DNA of 64,000 bases from Fistulifera solaris. Its lineage: Eukaryota. The DNA lies in contig AP026138.1 of the NCBI GenBank assembly GCA_030295235.1, positions 558,001 to 622,000 on the forward strand, in the 5' to 3' direction. Positions 1 to 11,705 of the stretch are shown in pieces (position 1 is the first letter of the stretch; the number at the start of each line of letters is the position of its first letter). The position numbers and the translations under genes are program-made. Below the pieces are notes generated by a model, which was given only the letters and a program-made list of their open reading frames with translations, was not told where the DNA came from and did not search any database.

Positions 1-1
1 T

Positions 2-2336
2 CGTCAACAACGTCGTCGAGCTCAGTTTGAATCGCGTTCAACATCGTCGTCGACTTCATCGCGTCTGAACGAAGTAGTCTCTCATGATATCACCGAGCCA
101 GTCGCGAATTTGACCCGCTATGCCAACCGTCGACAACGTGAAATGTTGCACGTACAAACGAGCGAACCAAGGACAGCAGTATCCTCCATGTCAGGTTCAG
201 ACTCTTCTCCCATTTGTAAGGAAATAGTAATATCTTCGCGGAATAAGCCACCAGCTTTGCAGAGTCTGGCCAGTTCTCCGACTGAAAGGGTGTCGCACTC
301 GCAAACGACCGCTTGGGACAAATTAATGAAGAGGAGAATGAAGATGAGAGTCTTGTTGAGCAGAGCGATCCAATGGAGTATCAAGAGATTCATGAAGTAA
401 CACGGAAACAACAAAAAGGGCCCAAAAGGAAAAACAAAGAGCCGCTTTCCCAACCACCGAATGAAACATACCCATCGACGAGACGAGGGGCGGCTTACGA
501 TAAATATCGGACTCTCAACAAGGAGACTCTTCTTCGTCCTTGGAGACAGAAAAAGAATAACCAACGCGATAATAGAAATGGCGGACAAGACGATGACATT
601 GAGCCGGTGTCGCACATACAAAAGGACCATCACCAGAATACCAATTACGGACTACCCTTGGTTCAAATGGTGTCATCTGATGACGTATCCAATCCGCTTC
701 CAGAAGAAACCCATGATCCGTCTCGTTCTTTGTCTCCAATTTATGACAAAGCACGAATTTCAGAGCAGTATATAGTTCCACCCGACAGTTCCAAAGAGCT
801 CGACCAAAACGCAAATCTTGATAGTGGTCCGCTGTCTCCTGGTGAAAAGGTCTATCGCCAACACGAAAACACAACAGAGAGCGGACTAGGGGCACATTGG
901 AGTTTATTCAGCATGGGAAAACGAAAATCGGAACCTTCGTTGGTGAATTATGAAGAAGAACTGGATCAATCGAAGGATGGGAGTCCGATCGGGTCAAAGG
1001 ATCAACGGTTGACTTCTCCAACATCACAGGCGAGACAAGAGTCCTCATCACCGTCCATCATCAAGAGGAACTCGCCAGAGCCGACCATGATGAATGAGAC
1101 TGCTCCACGACACAGTCTTTCTCCAAGTCAAAGCCCTGTAAGAAAAGATGCATCACCGTGGCAATCAGCTATACATGAGAGGGTATCAGCACCGATGCAA
1201 ACTCTGTTATGTGGAACAGGCTCGCTACCAATTTCTTCAGCGAATCAACTAGTAGTTTCACCCCGACAAACAATGGCATACCAGCTGCCGAGACAAGCTG
1301 CTGTAAGCAACAACTATTCCGAACCAGGGAGACAACTCAATGATCCACCCGATGCAAAGGTTTACGACCATGTGCTGCCTTCGACACAGTATGACCCGCC
1401 ACCCACTTCCATCAAAGGAGCAACCAAACGTTGCCGAACGCCAACCTGCTGCGCGCTGCCATGGCAACGTCCGAACAATGTGCTATAACCATATATCCTT
1501 CTACTGGTACGTATCATGACGCCATTGTTTTGAAAACATACAATGAAGAGAAGAAAGAAGAGGAATCGACTCTTGCGTTTCGATCCAAGGGTGAAAGGAG
1601 GGTTCGATTGGAGCAAGTGGAAACCAAAACAGTGCAGGATCCGTATGGTGACTATGGTGTGTACACGGGGCTACTTCTGAAAGGTCTGCCTTATGGACAA
1701 GGTACGATGGCGTACGCCGATGGACGTACCTATGTAGGTGAATGGAAGAGTGGTCGATGGCACGGCCAGGGGAAAACCACATTTAGTAACGGTGACGTTT
1801 ATATTGGCCAATACTATATGGATAAACGACACGGTTTTGGTCGTTATGAGTGGGTCGACGGTCGCATTTATGACGGTGAATTTAGAAATGATCAAAGGGA
1901 AGGAAAAGGAACATATAGTTTTCCAGATTCGTCGGTGTATTCCGGAGATTTCCACAAGGGATTGCGACATGGACAAGGGTGTTACAAATTTGCGGACTCG
2001 TCAATGTACAACGGAGGCTTCAAGAACGGCAAATACGACGGTGTCGGGGAATGTATCTGGGCCGATGGGCGATGCTATCGTGGGGAATGGAAGGACGGTT
2101 GGGCTCACGGGTACGGCGTAGAAATGCGAGCCGATGGGACCATTCGTCATGACGGTGAATGGAAGCGTGATAAACCCGTCAAAAGGAACAAGGATGATGC
2201 GAGACGAAGCAACAGCCGAGGCAGACAACACAGTGATAGTCTTCAAAAGATCAACTCGGAAGTCGACCGGTATACCGTTGTTTATGTCAAAGAACAAGTG
2301 TCGCTTCAGAGTAGTACGACGGATAGTGAGCCTTAA
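2..2336 (+). CDS. MORN-repeat protein with long disordered N-terminus (5'-partial; two apparent frameshifts)
   Basis: Frame 2 is open from base 2 to 400. It joins ORF 313..1488 near 315-325 and ORF 1431..2336 near 1412-1420, each time at a short A run. The C-terminal part has about 7 MORN repeats (YxGEWKSGRWHGQG, YDGEFRNDQREGKG). Confidence 0.8.
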
Positions 2337-2491
2337 ACGTCTGTTCTGGAAAGGTGCCAAGATAATTGTTGTATACAGTATTGTTATTCAAAATGGCTAA
2401 TATTTAGTTCGCTTTTGTCCTAATCTGCGAGAGAATAGATCATTGCCGTCATTCGCAAATATAATCACATGCTAATCCTTAACTTTCCTAC

Positions 2492-3669
2492 ACAGCTTTT
2501 GTGTACTTTCCAGATTATCTGGAAACAGCGATCCCTAAATACAGAAATTCTGTTTGAATGTTCCAGAAATTCTGGACCGGGTGTTTTCTTCTCACCGATG
2601 TTCTGTGCTGGTTCCAGAAAATCTATAAACGGTGTAATGGATCGTACGAGATTGGATAATACTGTATTACTTCAAAAATGAGACGGTGGTTTCGACAAAC
2701 AGCTTTTGTGTGATTTCCAGATTATCTGGAAACATCGAACCCGTCATACAGAAATTCTGTTTGAATGGTCCAGAAACTCTGGACCAGGAAAGGACGTTAA
2801 AATTCTGCCTCTCAGTACAAATTTCTACGTAGCGCCTACGGCGAGGCAGAATTTTAACGTCGTTTCCGTCATTTCTTCTCGCAGAGGTTCTGTGCTGGTT
2901 CCAGAAAATCTTTAAACGGTAGTGGATCGTACGAGATTGGATAATACTGTATTACTTCAAAAAAATGAGACGGTTTCGACAAACAGCTTTTGTGTGATTT
3001 CCAAATTATCTGGAAACAGCGATCGCGTCATACAGAAATTCTGTTTGAATGGTCCAGACATTCTGGACCAGGTGTTATCTTTTCACAGAGGTTCTGTGCT
3101 AGTTCCAGAAATTTTATATACGGTGTAATAGATCATATCAAATTGGATAATACTGTATGTCTACGAAAAATGAGACGGTGGTTTCGACAAATAGCTTTTG
3201 TCTGATTTCCAGATTATCTGGAAACAGCGATCCCGTCATACAGAAATTCTGTTTTAATGGTCCAGAAAGTCTGGACCGGGTGATTGCGTCTCGCAGAGGT
3301 TCTGTGCTGGTTCCAGAAAATCTATACACGGTGTAATGGATCCTACCGGATTGAATTATGCTGTTTTACGTCAAAAAAATGAGACGGTGGTTTCGACAAA
3401 TAGCTTTTGTCTGATTTCCAGATTATCTGGAAACAGCGATCCCGTCATACAGAAATTCTGTTTTAATGGTCCAGAAATTCTGGACTGGGTGTTTTCTTCT
3501 CGCAGAGGTTCTTTGCTGGTTCCAGATATTCTATACACGGTGTCATGGATCACACCAGGTTGGGGTTGCTGTATTGCTTCGAAAAATGAGACGGTGGTTT
3601 CGTCAAACAGCTTGTGTGTGAATTCCAGATTATCTGGAAAAATAGCAATCCCATCATACAGAAATTCTG
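2492..3669. repeat. Tandem array of about 208-bp palindrome-rich monomers (about 5.3 copies)
   Basis: The CAGATTATCTGG anchor recurs at 2511, 2718, 3002 (variant CAAATTATCTGG), 3210, 3419 and 3626. Each monomer holds TTTCCAGATTATCTGGAAA, ACAGAAATTCTGT and GGTCCAGAAATTCTGGACC palindromes. Confidence 0.95.
2787..2867. mobile_element. 81-bp miniature inverted-repeat (MITE-like/foldback) insertion in array monomer 2
   Basis: Arms GGAAAGGACGTTAAAATTCTGCCTC (2787-2811) and GAGGCAGAATTTTAACGTCGTTTCC (2843-2867) are 24/25 complementary. The segment is absent from the other monomers. No clear target-site duplication. Confidence 0.55.
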
Positions 3670-4196
3670 CTTGATAGAGCAATCGGACTCACGACTCACG
3701 ACGGCATTTCAGTCAAGAATCATGGTTTGCCGAGGAGACCAATTCTAATGTACTTGTACCTTGTACCAGTACTGTACCTGACACAGGACCACTGTTCGCT
3801 CTGTGCACTTTTTAAGAAGCAAATCTGGTTTTTGTTCAAAAGGCTTCAGCAGCATTTGCAATGTGTGTATCGTTTTGTGATGTCGAAAACACTGACAATT
3901 CTTTCCGTCTCCCTTAGTCCCTTTACTGTAGGCTTTACGTGTAGAATACTTTTTATTCCGACTGCAATGCAGTCAAGAGTCAGTCGTCACCAGCGCCGCG
4001 CACCTAAAATTCGGCACCGGCGACATGTATTGCATTGTAAAGAGGACCAGTTCATGCTTGTTTCAGCGACATATATCGTCATCGTTTACTTTTAAAGAAG
4101 CAACAAGAAAGGTAGCGCGCGCATCGCGGGACGCATCCATTGTTTGTTGGGAAAAAGAATGCCCAGAGAGCATCCGAAGGAATCATCAAAATCATC

Positions 4197-6455
4197 ATGT
4201 CGATCGAAAAGGATGACACCGTTCCAACGCGACACGTCGATGGCGAAACAATCTCCGATGCGAGTGGAAGAATGGGAGTGTATACCGGAAATATTGCGAT
4301 CTGCGAAAATGGGAAAGAACTTCCTCACGGTGTCGGTGGATTCATGCTCTATCATGCTCCGCCGCCGTCGTTGCCGCCGCCGCCTCCTCCGGGGACCGTA
4401 TCAACAACAACGCCTGTTACGAAGCCAAGCCCTACTCCACCTGCCATTACAGTTCTCAAATACGAAGGAGAATGGTGGCAAGGTTACTGGCATGGCAAGG
4501 GAAAGTACAGTTTATCGAGTGGCGACGAATACGAGGGTGCCGTTTGTTTTTCGAAAAATCACGGCAAAGGAACATTGCAATACGCCGATGGACGTCACTA
4601 TACAGGTCAGTGGAACCACAATCTACGAGAAGGGATAGGGACTTTCACATGGCCGGGAGGATCGTATTATGAAGGGGAGTTTGTACACAATCTTCGACAC
4701 GGTCAAGGACACTTCGTCGATCCGAAACGGGCGGTCGAGTATACCGGAAGCTGGGAGCGCGGGGTGTATCAAGGCGAAGGAATTTATCAATGGACGGATG
4801 TCAAAGGACAAGTTCATTGTTACACGGGAACATTCATGCAAGGGAAACCCCACGGGAATGGTAAAGAAGTGAATCAAACTACGGGAGATACGCGTCACGA
4901 TGGATTATGGCGGAATGGAGAACCGGTCATGGAATTGAGCGATCTTGTTTCGTCCGAAACTTTGCTTTCGTCGCGTGTCGCGGCGTCTGCCAAATCGCGG
5001 AAAGAAAAAAGTCATACGACTGTCGTTCAGGATCATATTTATTTTGATCAAGAAGGCAGACAAATTGTGTATCGGGGCTTGTGGAACTCGGAGAAAGAGT
5101 TTCCGGACGGAAATGGGACAGCCGAATGCCTCAAAGGGTCCGACAAGGGTCTCACCGAAGAATGGAAATCGTACGAGGGTTGCTTTATCGACGGAATATT
5201 TCATGATCACGGAAGGCTTCATTTAGCATCGGGGGATATGTACGAAGGGGACTTCGATCAAGGACTCCGCCATGGGAAAGGCTTGTATAAATGGAAAGAT
5301 GGTAGGCAATATACCGGTGAATTTGTAAAGGGTTCTCGACACGGGATAGGGTGTATGGCTTATCCAGATGGCAGCTTGTACGAAGGATCATTCGAACATG
5401 GACAGCGTCAAGGCTATGGCAAGTTTATGTTTGGTTCCGGTGGCGCCATGTACGAGGGTGAATGGAAAGATGGCAAATACAATGGCACTGGAATACTGGT
5501 ACATCAGGATGGGGCTACGTATTCGGGAGATTTCGTGGATGGCCAGTCTCATGGTCAGGGCAAAGAAGTCAGCTCCGAAGGTGTCGTCACTTACGAAGGT
5601 ACATGGATTCACGGAAAACCCGAAAACTCCACTGTTTCGGATCTTCCGGACCAAGAGTCAGAACAAGAGGCGACGAGAGACGTAGCGAATAGCGACTTTG
5701 ATACCGCTGGAGTCGAAGCACGTACAGATTCTGAAGCGGAAAATGCTGGTGAGTCGCCTTTGGCTAACAATGAAGAGGACGATGATCACGAAGCTGTTGT
5801 AGACGAACCAATTCTTGATGCTCAAGGAAATCCAGGAAACTATACTGGTCTTGTATCGAAACGCACGCGTCGCCCCAACGGTGTTGGTAGACTTGTGTAT
5901 GGAGATGGCAAACGGATTCATGAGGGCTTCTGGAAGGACGGCCGCAAGGAAGGTCATGGAAGATGCATATTCTTTCCACATCGAGACTTTCATGAAGGGA
6001 ATTATCAAGATAATCTTCGTAGCGGTAAAGGCATTTATAAATGGAGCGACGGCAGGTGTTTTGAGGGTAATTATGTGAAAGACTTGAGAGACGGCTACGG
6101 TGTCTTCACTTACCCCAGCGGAGAGAAGTATGAAGGAAATTTCTGTGAAGGCCGTCGATCTGGCTACGGACGATTCACGTTTGACAAGGGTAGGAGTGTA
6201 TACGAAGGTGAATGGAGTGATGGGAAGTATCATGGGTACGGGTCTTTGCGCTGGGGACAAGGCTATCACTACGAAGGTGAATTCGTCGACGGAAGGTTTC
6301 ATGGGCATGGTAAGAAATCCGACCCCCAAGGCAACGTGATTCTCGAGGGCGAGTGGGTTGCTGGAAAATATCTTGACTTCGAAAACAAAGAAGACGATAA
6401 ATTGTCGGAGCAGTTTGATACAATGATTGTCACTGAAGGCGAGGAGGCTTACTGA
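4197..6455 (+). CDS. MORN-repeat protein with three MORN blocks
   Basis: Uninterrupted ORF, first ATG at 4197 (MSIEKDD). About 20 or more YxGxW/FxxGxxHGxG repeats in three blocks separated by linkers, with a poly-Pro insert in block 1. Confidence 0.92.
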   Translation: MSIEKDDTVPTRHVDGETISDASGRMGVYTGNIAICENGKELPHGVGGFMLYHAPPPSLPPPPPPGTVSTTTPVTKPSPTPPAITVLKYEGEWWQGYWHGKGKYSLSSGDEYEGAVCFSKNHGKGTLQYADGRHYTGQWNHNLREGIGTFTWPGGSYYEGEFVHNLRHGQGHFVDPKRAVEYTGSWERGVYQGEGIYQWTDVKGQVHCYTGTFMQGKPHGNGKEVNQTTGDTRHDGLWRNGEPVMELSDLVSSETLLSSRVAASAKSRKEKSHTTVVQDHIYFDQEGRQIVYRGLWNSEKEFPDGNGTAECLKGSDKGLTEEWKSYEGCFIDGIFHDHGRLHLASGDMYEGDFDQGLRHGKGLYKWKDGRQYTGEFVKGSRHGIGCMAYPDGSLYEGSFEHGQRQGYGKFMFGSGGAMYEGEWKDGKYNGTGILVHQDGATYSGDFVDGQSHGQGKEVSSEGVVTYEGTWIHGKPENSTVSDLPDQESEQEATRDVANSDFDTAGVEARTDSEAENAGESPLANNEEDDDHEAVVDEPILDAQGNPGNYTGLVSKRTRRPNGVGRLVYGDGKRIHEGFWKDGRKEGHGRCIFFPHRDFHEGNYQDNLRSGKGIYKWSDGRCFEGNYVKDLRDGYGVFTYPSGEKYEGNFCEGRRSGYGRFTFDKGRSVYEGEWSDGKYHGYGSLRWGQGYHYEGEFVDGRFHGHGKKSDPQGNVILEGEWVAGKYLDFENKEDDKLSEQFDTMIVTEGEEAY

Positions 6456-6853
6456 ATCGATCGCCACTTAGGGGCACAAGTTGTATCTGGAACTTGAAAA
6501 CCGAAGTCGGATTCGACCCACAAAACTTTCTTTTTTTCAAGCGACGACAATGCAGCTGTGTGTATCTGTAACTGTAATGGATGACATGGAAACTGCAATC
6601 CTATAGGCGTTCCGGGTTAGGAGCCTTGCTACGCTAATATTAACAACAGAGGATGTTTATCTAGGATAAAGAGCGTCGCTTTTAAGACAGCTAGTCAAGG
6701 CTGAGGACATAAGATGACGAAGTGACTTTACTGGTTCGCAGATTCTGACTTCGTATCCGCAATAAAATTGACGTGAATGTTGTTTCCTTCATCACGAAGT
6801 CAGCTAGCTGGAGCTGAAGTGGGGCGCTCGCCTAATGAAGATGTATCTCCAGG

Positions 6854-9028
6854 CTACTCAACAAGGTGCCCGTTCTCCCACACACCGTGTTTTTTCTTGC
6901 CATCAGCAGTAACTTCCATTCCAAGCCCATGTGCCACAGAATTTTTGAATTCGCCCGTATACTTTGATCCAGAAGCAGAGACGAGTTCACCATTGCCATC
7001 ATACCGCCCTTCCTTCCATTCGCCTTCATAGTAACCTCCATCAAACTTGTAACGACCAAATCCTTCGAACATGCCATCACAAAATTCTCCTTCGTATACG
7101 TTGCCGTTGTGAAAGGCAAATTTTCCCTGGCCGTGACGCTTGTCCTCGCGGAACATTCCGGTGTATACATCCCCATTGTCCCATTTATAAACTCCTTTAC
7201 CATGTCTAGCGTCAAATACAAACTCTCCTTCGTAAGTGTCGCCATTGGGATTCAGTAGCTTCCCCTTGCCATTCCATTGCCCATTGATCCAATCACCCGA
7301 GTAAAGTCGGCCACTGTCGTAGTTCATTTTACCAGTACCGTGTGGAAGACCTTCTGACACAAGGAAAGTTCCAGTGTAACGTCCCGAATCACCGTATTTA
7401 TCTCTAGATTGCACATTCGACACTGAAAAGAGAAACTTTTCCGTTGGCAATCCAGCTTCTTCGGCGGCTTTCTTCGCTGCGCGGGCTTCCGCCATCACAC
7501 TATCATCAAAGAAGCAGTTGTACAAGAGCGGTTCCGCCGAGTCGTCATCATTCTGTGCTGTACCTGCCGGGCTGGGCAAATCCAACAAGTTCGGCGGAGC
7601 AATGGATGCAATTCGAGCGAATGGCTTAGGCTCTTGTGATGAAGCTGAGTCGAGTCCCATGGGAGGAGGAGGAAGAATACTAGCTTTTCTGTCTTGCGTG
7701 ATTGGATCGGGAGACTGAGCATCAGCCCCTCGACTGAGTGGAAGAGCATTCAGAGACGATGTCAACATGCCAAGTGGCATTTCACCACTATCCCCAACGT
7801 CGCTACTATCGACCGTGATCTTGTCTTTCTTCTTTCCTTTGCGAATCGGCGGCGGACCCGTCATAATGGGGAAATCTGTCGGATCCGCTGAGTGTTGTCG
7901 AACCAGTACGCCACGCACGGGTACCTGTAAAGCGCTTTTCTCAGCCACTCCAATCTTGAGCTTGTTTCGTTCTGTTGCATGATGGGGCTTTGGAGGCTCT
8001 TTCGGAATATCCAACAAGCCACCTCGGAAAGAGGCGAATAATTTCGACGGATCGTTGGCCAAATTGACATCAGCATCGTTCATGTACGTGGAGCCGGTTG
8101 GCGTTTGCGCCTCCGAACGACTGGCCGGAGAAAAATCAGGAACGCCTTCTTCGAAACTACGGGACCTACCCAATGAGGCCCGGTTCGGAACACTAACTCC
8201 TGCCCGAGCGCGACTGGCTCTTTGAAAGAATTTCATTTGACCCTGGAGGCGCGGATCTTCCTGTGGAGAAGGCGAATTGCTCCGGCTTCGGGGTGGAAAG
8301 GGCGATGTGATCGATTTATCTGGACTACCCCTTCGATTTTGCTGATCTATCTCTACACGATTTGGTGAAGTCATGGAAGTAGATGACCGTGCATCAGTAT
8401 CATCGTCTGTTTCAGCGTCCTGTTGCAATTGTGCTTCGTACTCCGCTTCCGCCTCCAGTTCGAGTTGTTTTTGGGTTGCCATAGTTTTGATCAACTTCAA
8501 GTCTTGTTGAATGGTCCGACGCAAGGCGCGGATGGTTTGATTTTGCTCAATAACGGTAGTTTCAGAGTCCGCCAGTCGTTGTTCCAACTTGGAGATCTGC
8601 ATCTTCAAACTCAAGACCTCCTTCTCCTTCGTACGCAACATCCAGTTCTGGACCTGTGACAAACGCTTCAGCGTAGAAGCCAAGTTATCTGTTTGCTGAA
8701 AGATAAGATGTGGAGCCAAGGACTCGACAGAAGCTTCGGATGATTCCGCCGCCTGGGGGGGATCGCCTTCGCACTCGGCCATGACATTCTTCGACGAAGT
8801 ATTCGTTTGCAACTGCTTCACAACTGCAGCAAATGACATTCTTTGTTGAATGCCGACCGCCTTTTCCTCTGCCGTGCACATGTTGCAAGAGAGGATGGCA
8901 TTGTTATCTTGCACCAAGATAGGGCAGCTCGGATGTCGCAAACATGTGCCCTTCTCACTGATGCCGAGTGCTTCTTGCCAAACGATCTTTTCGTCATTCT
9001 TCTCTCCTTTCTCTTGCTTTTCGGTCAT
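6854..9028 (-). CDS. MORN-repeat protein with N-terminal Cys/His motif and coiled coil
   Basis: 724-aa ORF: CLRHPSC...CNMC motif, coiled-coil segment (LSLKMQISKLEQRLADSE), disordered middle, C-terminal MORN repeats. Confidence 0.9.
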   Translation of the reverse strand: MTEKQEKGEKNDEKIVWQEALGISEKGTCLRHPSCPILVQDNNAILSCNMCTAEEKAVGIQQRMSFAAVVKQLQTNTSSKNVMAECEGDPPQAAESSEASVESLAPHLIFQQTDNLASTLKRLSQVQNWMLRTKEKEVLSLKMQISKLEQRLADSETTVIEQNQTIRALRRTIQQDLKLIKTMATQKQLELEAEAEYEAQLQQDAETDDDTDARSSTSMTSPNRVEIDQQNRRGSPDKSITSPFPPRSRSNSPSPQEDPRLQGQMKFFQRASRARAGVSVPNRASLGRSRSFEEGVPDFSPASRSEAQTPTGSTYMNDADVNLANDPSKLFASFRGGLLDIPKEPPKPHHATERNKLKIGVAEKSALQVPVRGVLVRQHSADPTDFPIMTGPPPIRKGKKKDKITVDSSDVGDSGEMPLGMLTSSLNALPLSRGADAQSPDPITQDRKASILPPPPMGLDSASSQEPKPFARIASIAPPNLLDLPSPAGTAQNDDDSAEPLLYNCFFDDSVMAEARAAKKAAEEAGLPTEKFLFSVSNVQSRDKYGDSGRYTGTFLVSEGLPHGTGKMNYDSGRLYSGDWINGQWNGKGKLLNPNGDTYEGEFVFDARHGKGVYKWDNGDVYTGMFREDKRHGQGKFAFHNGNVYEGEFCDGMFEGFGRYKFDGGYYEGEWKEGRYDGNGELVSASGSKYTGEFKNSVAHGLGMEVTADGKKKHGVWENGHLVE

Positions 9029-9850
9029 CTTCAGCTGAATTTAGAAGCACTGTAGTTCCAATTTTAGTAATGAAAGGAAGTCTTGATGTTGAAAGGATGT
9101 TAGTTGTTGTTATTTGTGACCTGCCTCTTGGTTTGTTGCAAAAGTTGATCGGGGTCTTCGCGGTCTTTTTCGCAAATGCCAGTTGCGGTGAGCGGCAAAG
9201 CGTGACTGGCACTCACAATAACGAATGACGATGCGACTGCTTCAATTTCCGACTCAATAGAATTCAGTCCCGGAACTCATAGCCATCAATTTTAATAAAT
9301 GAATTGCGTAGCCATGCAAGAAGCTAAACAATTACTTGATTCAAAGTTGTTGCATCAAAACCACTTGTGTCACTTTTTAATTGCCAATTGTGGACCGGTC
9401 AGTCCAGACTAGTATTGTTCAAAATCATCAAAGACTAATATTCAAAACAATCCCGGGAATGATCGGTGATGCTAAATGTAGATGATTTTTTGTGAATAGA
9501 CCATAGAAAGATGCTCGCTTTTCTGTAGGGAAAGATGCAGACAGATGTTCGAATGACAATTGATCAACAAACGTGAGGCGTTGTCAGAAAACAAATAATG
9601 AGAAGTGACATGCGGAAAGAGAGAGGCCAAGAATAAATAATTATTACGGAGTATAGCCTAAGGTGTTGTCGATACCTTCTTACTGTACGGAGTATCATTT
9701 ACAGCAATGGACTTTCTTTTTTCCATTACGCATCCCGCATCCCGCATCACACATCCTTCTTATTATTTGATTAAGCAAGAAGTTGTAAATGTTAGATGCA
9801 ATCGCAAGGCAACAATTTTATGGCCGTGTATAGAATTTGAATTTTGGGTT

Positions 9851-9987
9851 GATGGATGATGGATGATGGATGATGGATGATGAATGATGAATGATGATTG
9901 ATGATTGATGATTGATGATGGTTGATGTTTCGTGTTTCGTGTTTCGTATTTCGTTGGTTCGTTGGTTCGTTGGTTCGTTGGTTCGTT
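9851..9987. repeat. Compound microsatellite (GATGGAT/GATGAAT/GATGATT, then TTTCGTG, then TTCGTTGG)
   Basis: Directly visible successive 7- and 8-mer runs. Confidence 0.95.
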
Positions 9988-10718
9988 TTGGGTGCTCTAC
10001 ACTTTCATAGTCCTAACTTTAGAAATGTGTTTCGATTACGAAGCCCAATAAAAGATGATAATGCTAGAGACCTACGACATACGTACGACTGATAATAACG
10101 GACAGCCGTAGAAAAGTCCCAGGCAATACGGGATTCCGGTCATTGTGCGCCTATTACTGAAAATCTATACGACCGGTATACCTGAAGTAAGATAGAATAA
10201 GTAGTAAATAACGGAGGTTCGGGCTTGGACCTTTTTCGCTCTTCCCCTTTTCAGCGTTCAGCTTTCTGCGTAGAGCGCAGTACACGAGCTACGTGCCAAC
10301 TGCAACCGTGCAACCGCCGTTTGATTTCTGTCAATAAACTGATGCCAAAAGCCGAAGGCCTCGATCATCGCCCATTTCACTATTTAAGTCATACAAAATT
10401 GAATCGTTCCGATTACTTAAGGAATTGTGAGTATTAGGCCGAGCGTTCTTCGCAGATTACCTGGTAGCCGTGAAATCGGACACCTCACACGGGAAAATTT
10501 ACGTGCGCCGTGCGCCGCAGTGCTACATTTGAGCGTGGACATCGTGTCCAAACGCATCTTCGCTGGTGCGGTCGACCTCGCAACGTTCGCTGCATTACAA
10601 TACCTTGTAATTCCTTATTCAAGCGTTTGTGCCTACGCCACACAAAGCTTTGAGCAATTATAGTTTGCATAGAGTTTCTTTGTAATTTGCAAAGAGCTTA
10701 GAAGGATTGAGATCTATC

Positions 10719-11705
10719 ATGGAGCACTCAACAATGAATAGCAATCCTACGAACGGCAAAGATTCGGGCAAGGCTGTGAAGCAACGCAAAGAGAAGAAGC
10801 CCGTTGCGACCCCGAAACAGCGCAAGCCGACCAAGAATGAAAAGCCCGCTCGTCCCCTGAGCGCCTACAACGTCTTCTTCAAAGAGGAACGTGTCAAATG
10901 GCTGGCGGAAGCCCCTGACAACACGCAGAACAAATTCACACAACTGGGTTACGAGATGGGTCAGCGATGGAAGAAACTCAGCGCTGCTGAAAAGCTCAAG
11001 TACGAGAAGATTGCTAAGGAAGATGTGAAGCGCTATCAGAAGGAGATGGAGCAGTATGAACAAAAGGCATCGCCGAAAAAAGCCAAGGTAGCAAAAACGA
11101 AAAGTCCCCAAAAATCACCGAAAGAAACAAAGAAAGAAGTTGAGAAAACTCCAGTAGCTACAACTCCGTCTTCTGCCGATGCGGCTCGTCGAGTCGTGAA
11201 TGCTCCCTCTCCGGCGACACGGGACCCACAAGAGCTCATGCTACAGCAACTGCTGGCGAGTCAACAAGGCGCTCCTTTAGGGCCACAACAACCACAGATT
11301 CCCCTCCAGTTGAATGAACGCGAAGCCATTTTGCGACTACTTCAACTCCAAGAACTAGCCAGTCGGTCACAGTTGTCGCAACTTATGCCAAGCAATCCAC
11401 TTGTGGGTTATCCGCCCAACCAGTATTTGGGCGCCTTGTCGGGAGGAGGCGCCATGCTCCCTGGTTTGGAACAACAACTACTGATTCAGCGATTGCGAGA
11501 TCAAGAACTTCGAAGTCAAATAGCTTCACTGGAACGCGGGCTGACGGCGCAGCCCTTTCCACCCTTGTCGAATTTGGACCTATTGGCGCTGCAAGCCTCG
11601 TCGCAGCCTCAACCGCCATCGCTTTCCGACTCGGAGTTACTGGCGAACATGTCGGTACGAGAAAAATTACAACTATTGATGCAGCTAAATCAGCAAGGAT
11701 ATTGA
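10719..11705 (+). CDS. HMG-box transcription factor with Q/L-rich C-terminus
   Basis: KPARPLSAYNVFFKEER...MGQRWKKLSAAEKLKYEKIAKEDVKRYQKEMEQY is a canonical HMG box. First ATG at 10719. Confidence 0.93.
   Translation: MEHSTMNSNPTNGKDSGKAVKQRKEKKPVATPKQRKPTKNEKPARPLSAYNVFFKEERVKWLAEAPDNTQNKFTQLGYEMGQRWKKLSAAEKLKYEKIAKEDVKRYQKEMEQYEQKASPKKAKVAKTKSPQKSPKETKKEVEKTPVATTPSSADAARRVVNAPSPATRDPQELMLQQLLASQQGAPLGPQQPQIPLQLNEREAILRLLQLQELASRSQLSQLMPSNPLVGYPPNQYLGALSGGGAMLPGLEQQLLIQRLRDQELRSQIASLERGLTAQPFPPLSNLDLLALQASSQPQPPSLSDSELLANMSVREKLQLLMQLNQQGY

Noticed and set aside
2492..3669. CRISPR-like array of palindromic repeats
   Set aside because: The sequence between palindromes is itself repeated rather than unique, there are no cas genes, and the context is eukaryotic nuclear.
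2469..3682. Short similar ORFs within the 208-bp array
   Set aside because: The period is not a constant multiple of three and frames differ between copies, so these are by-products of the repeat.
5658..6467. Long antisense/overlapping ORFs (also 19334-20029 and 21612-22181)
   Set aside because: They are shadows of well-supported genes on the opposite strand.
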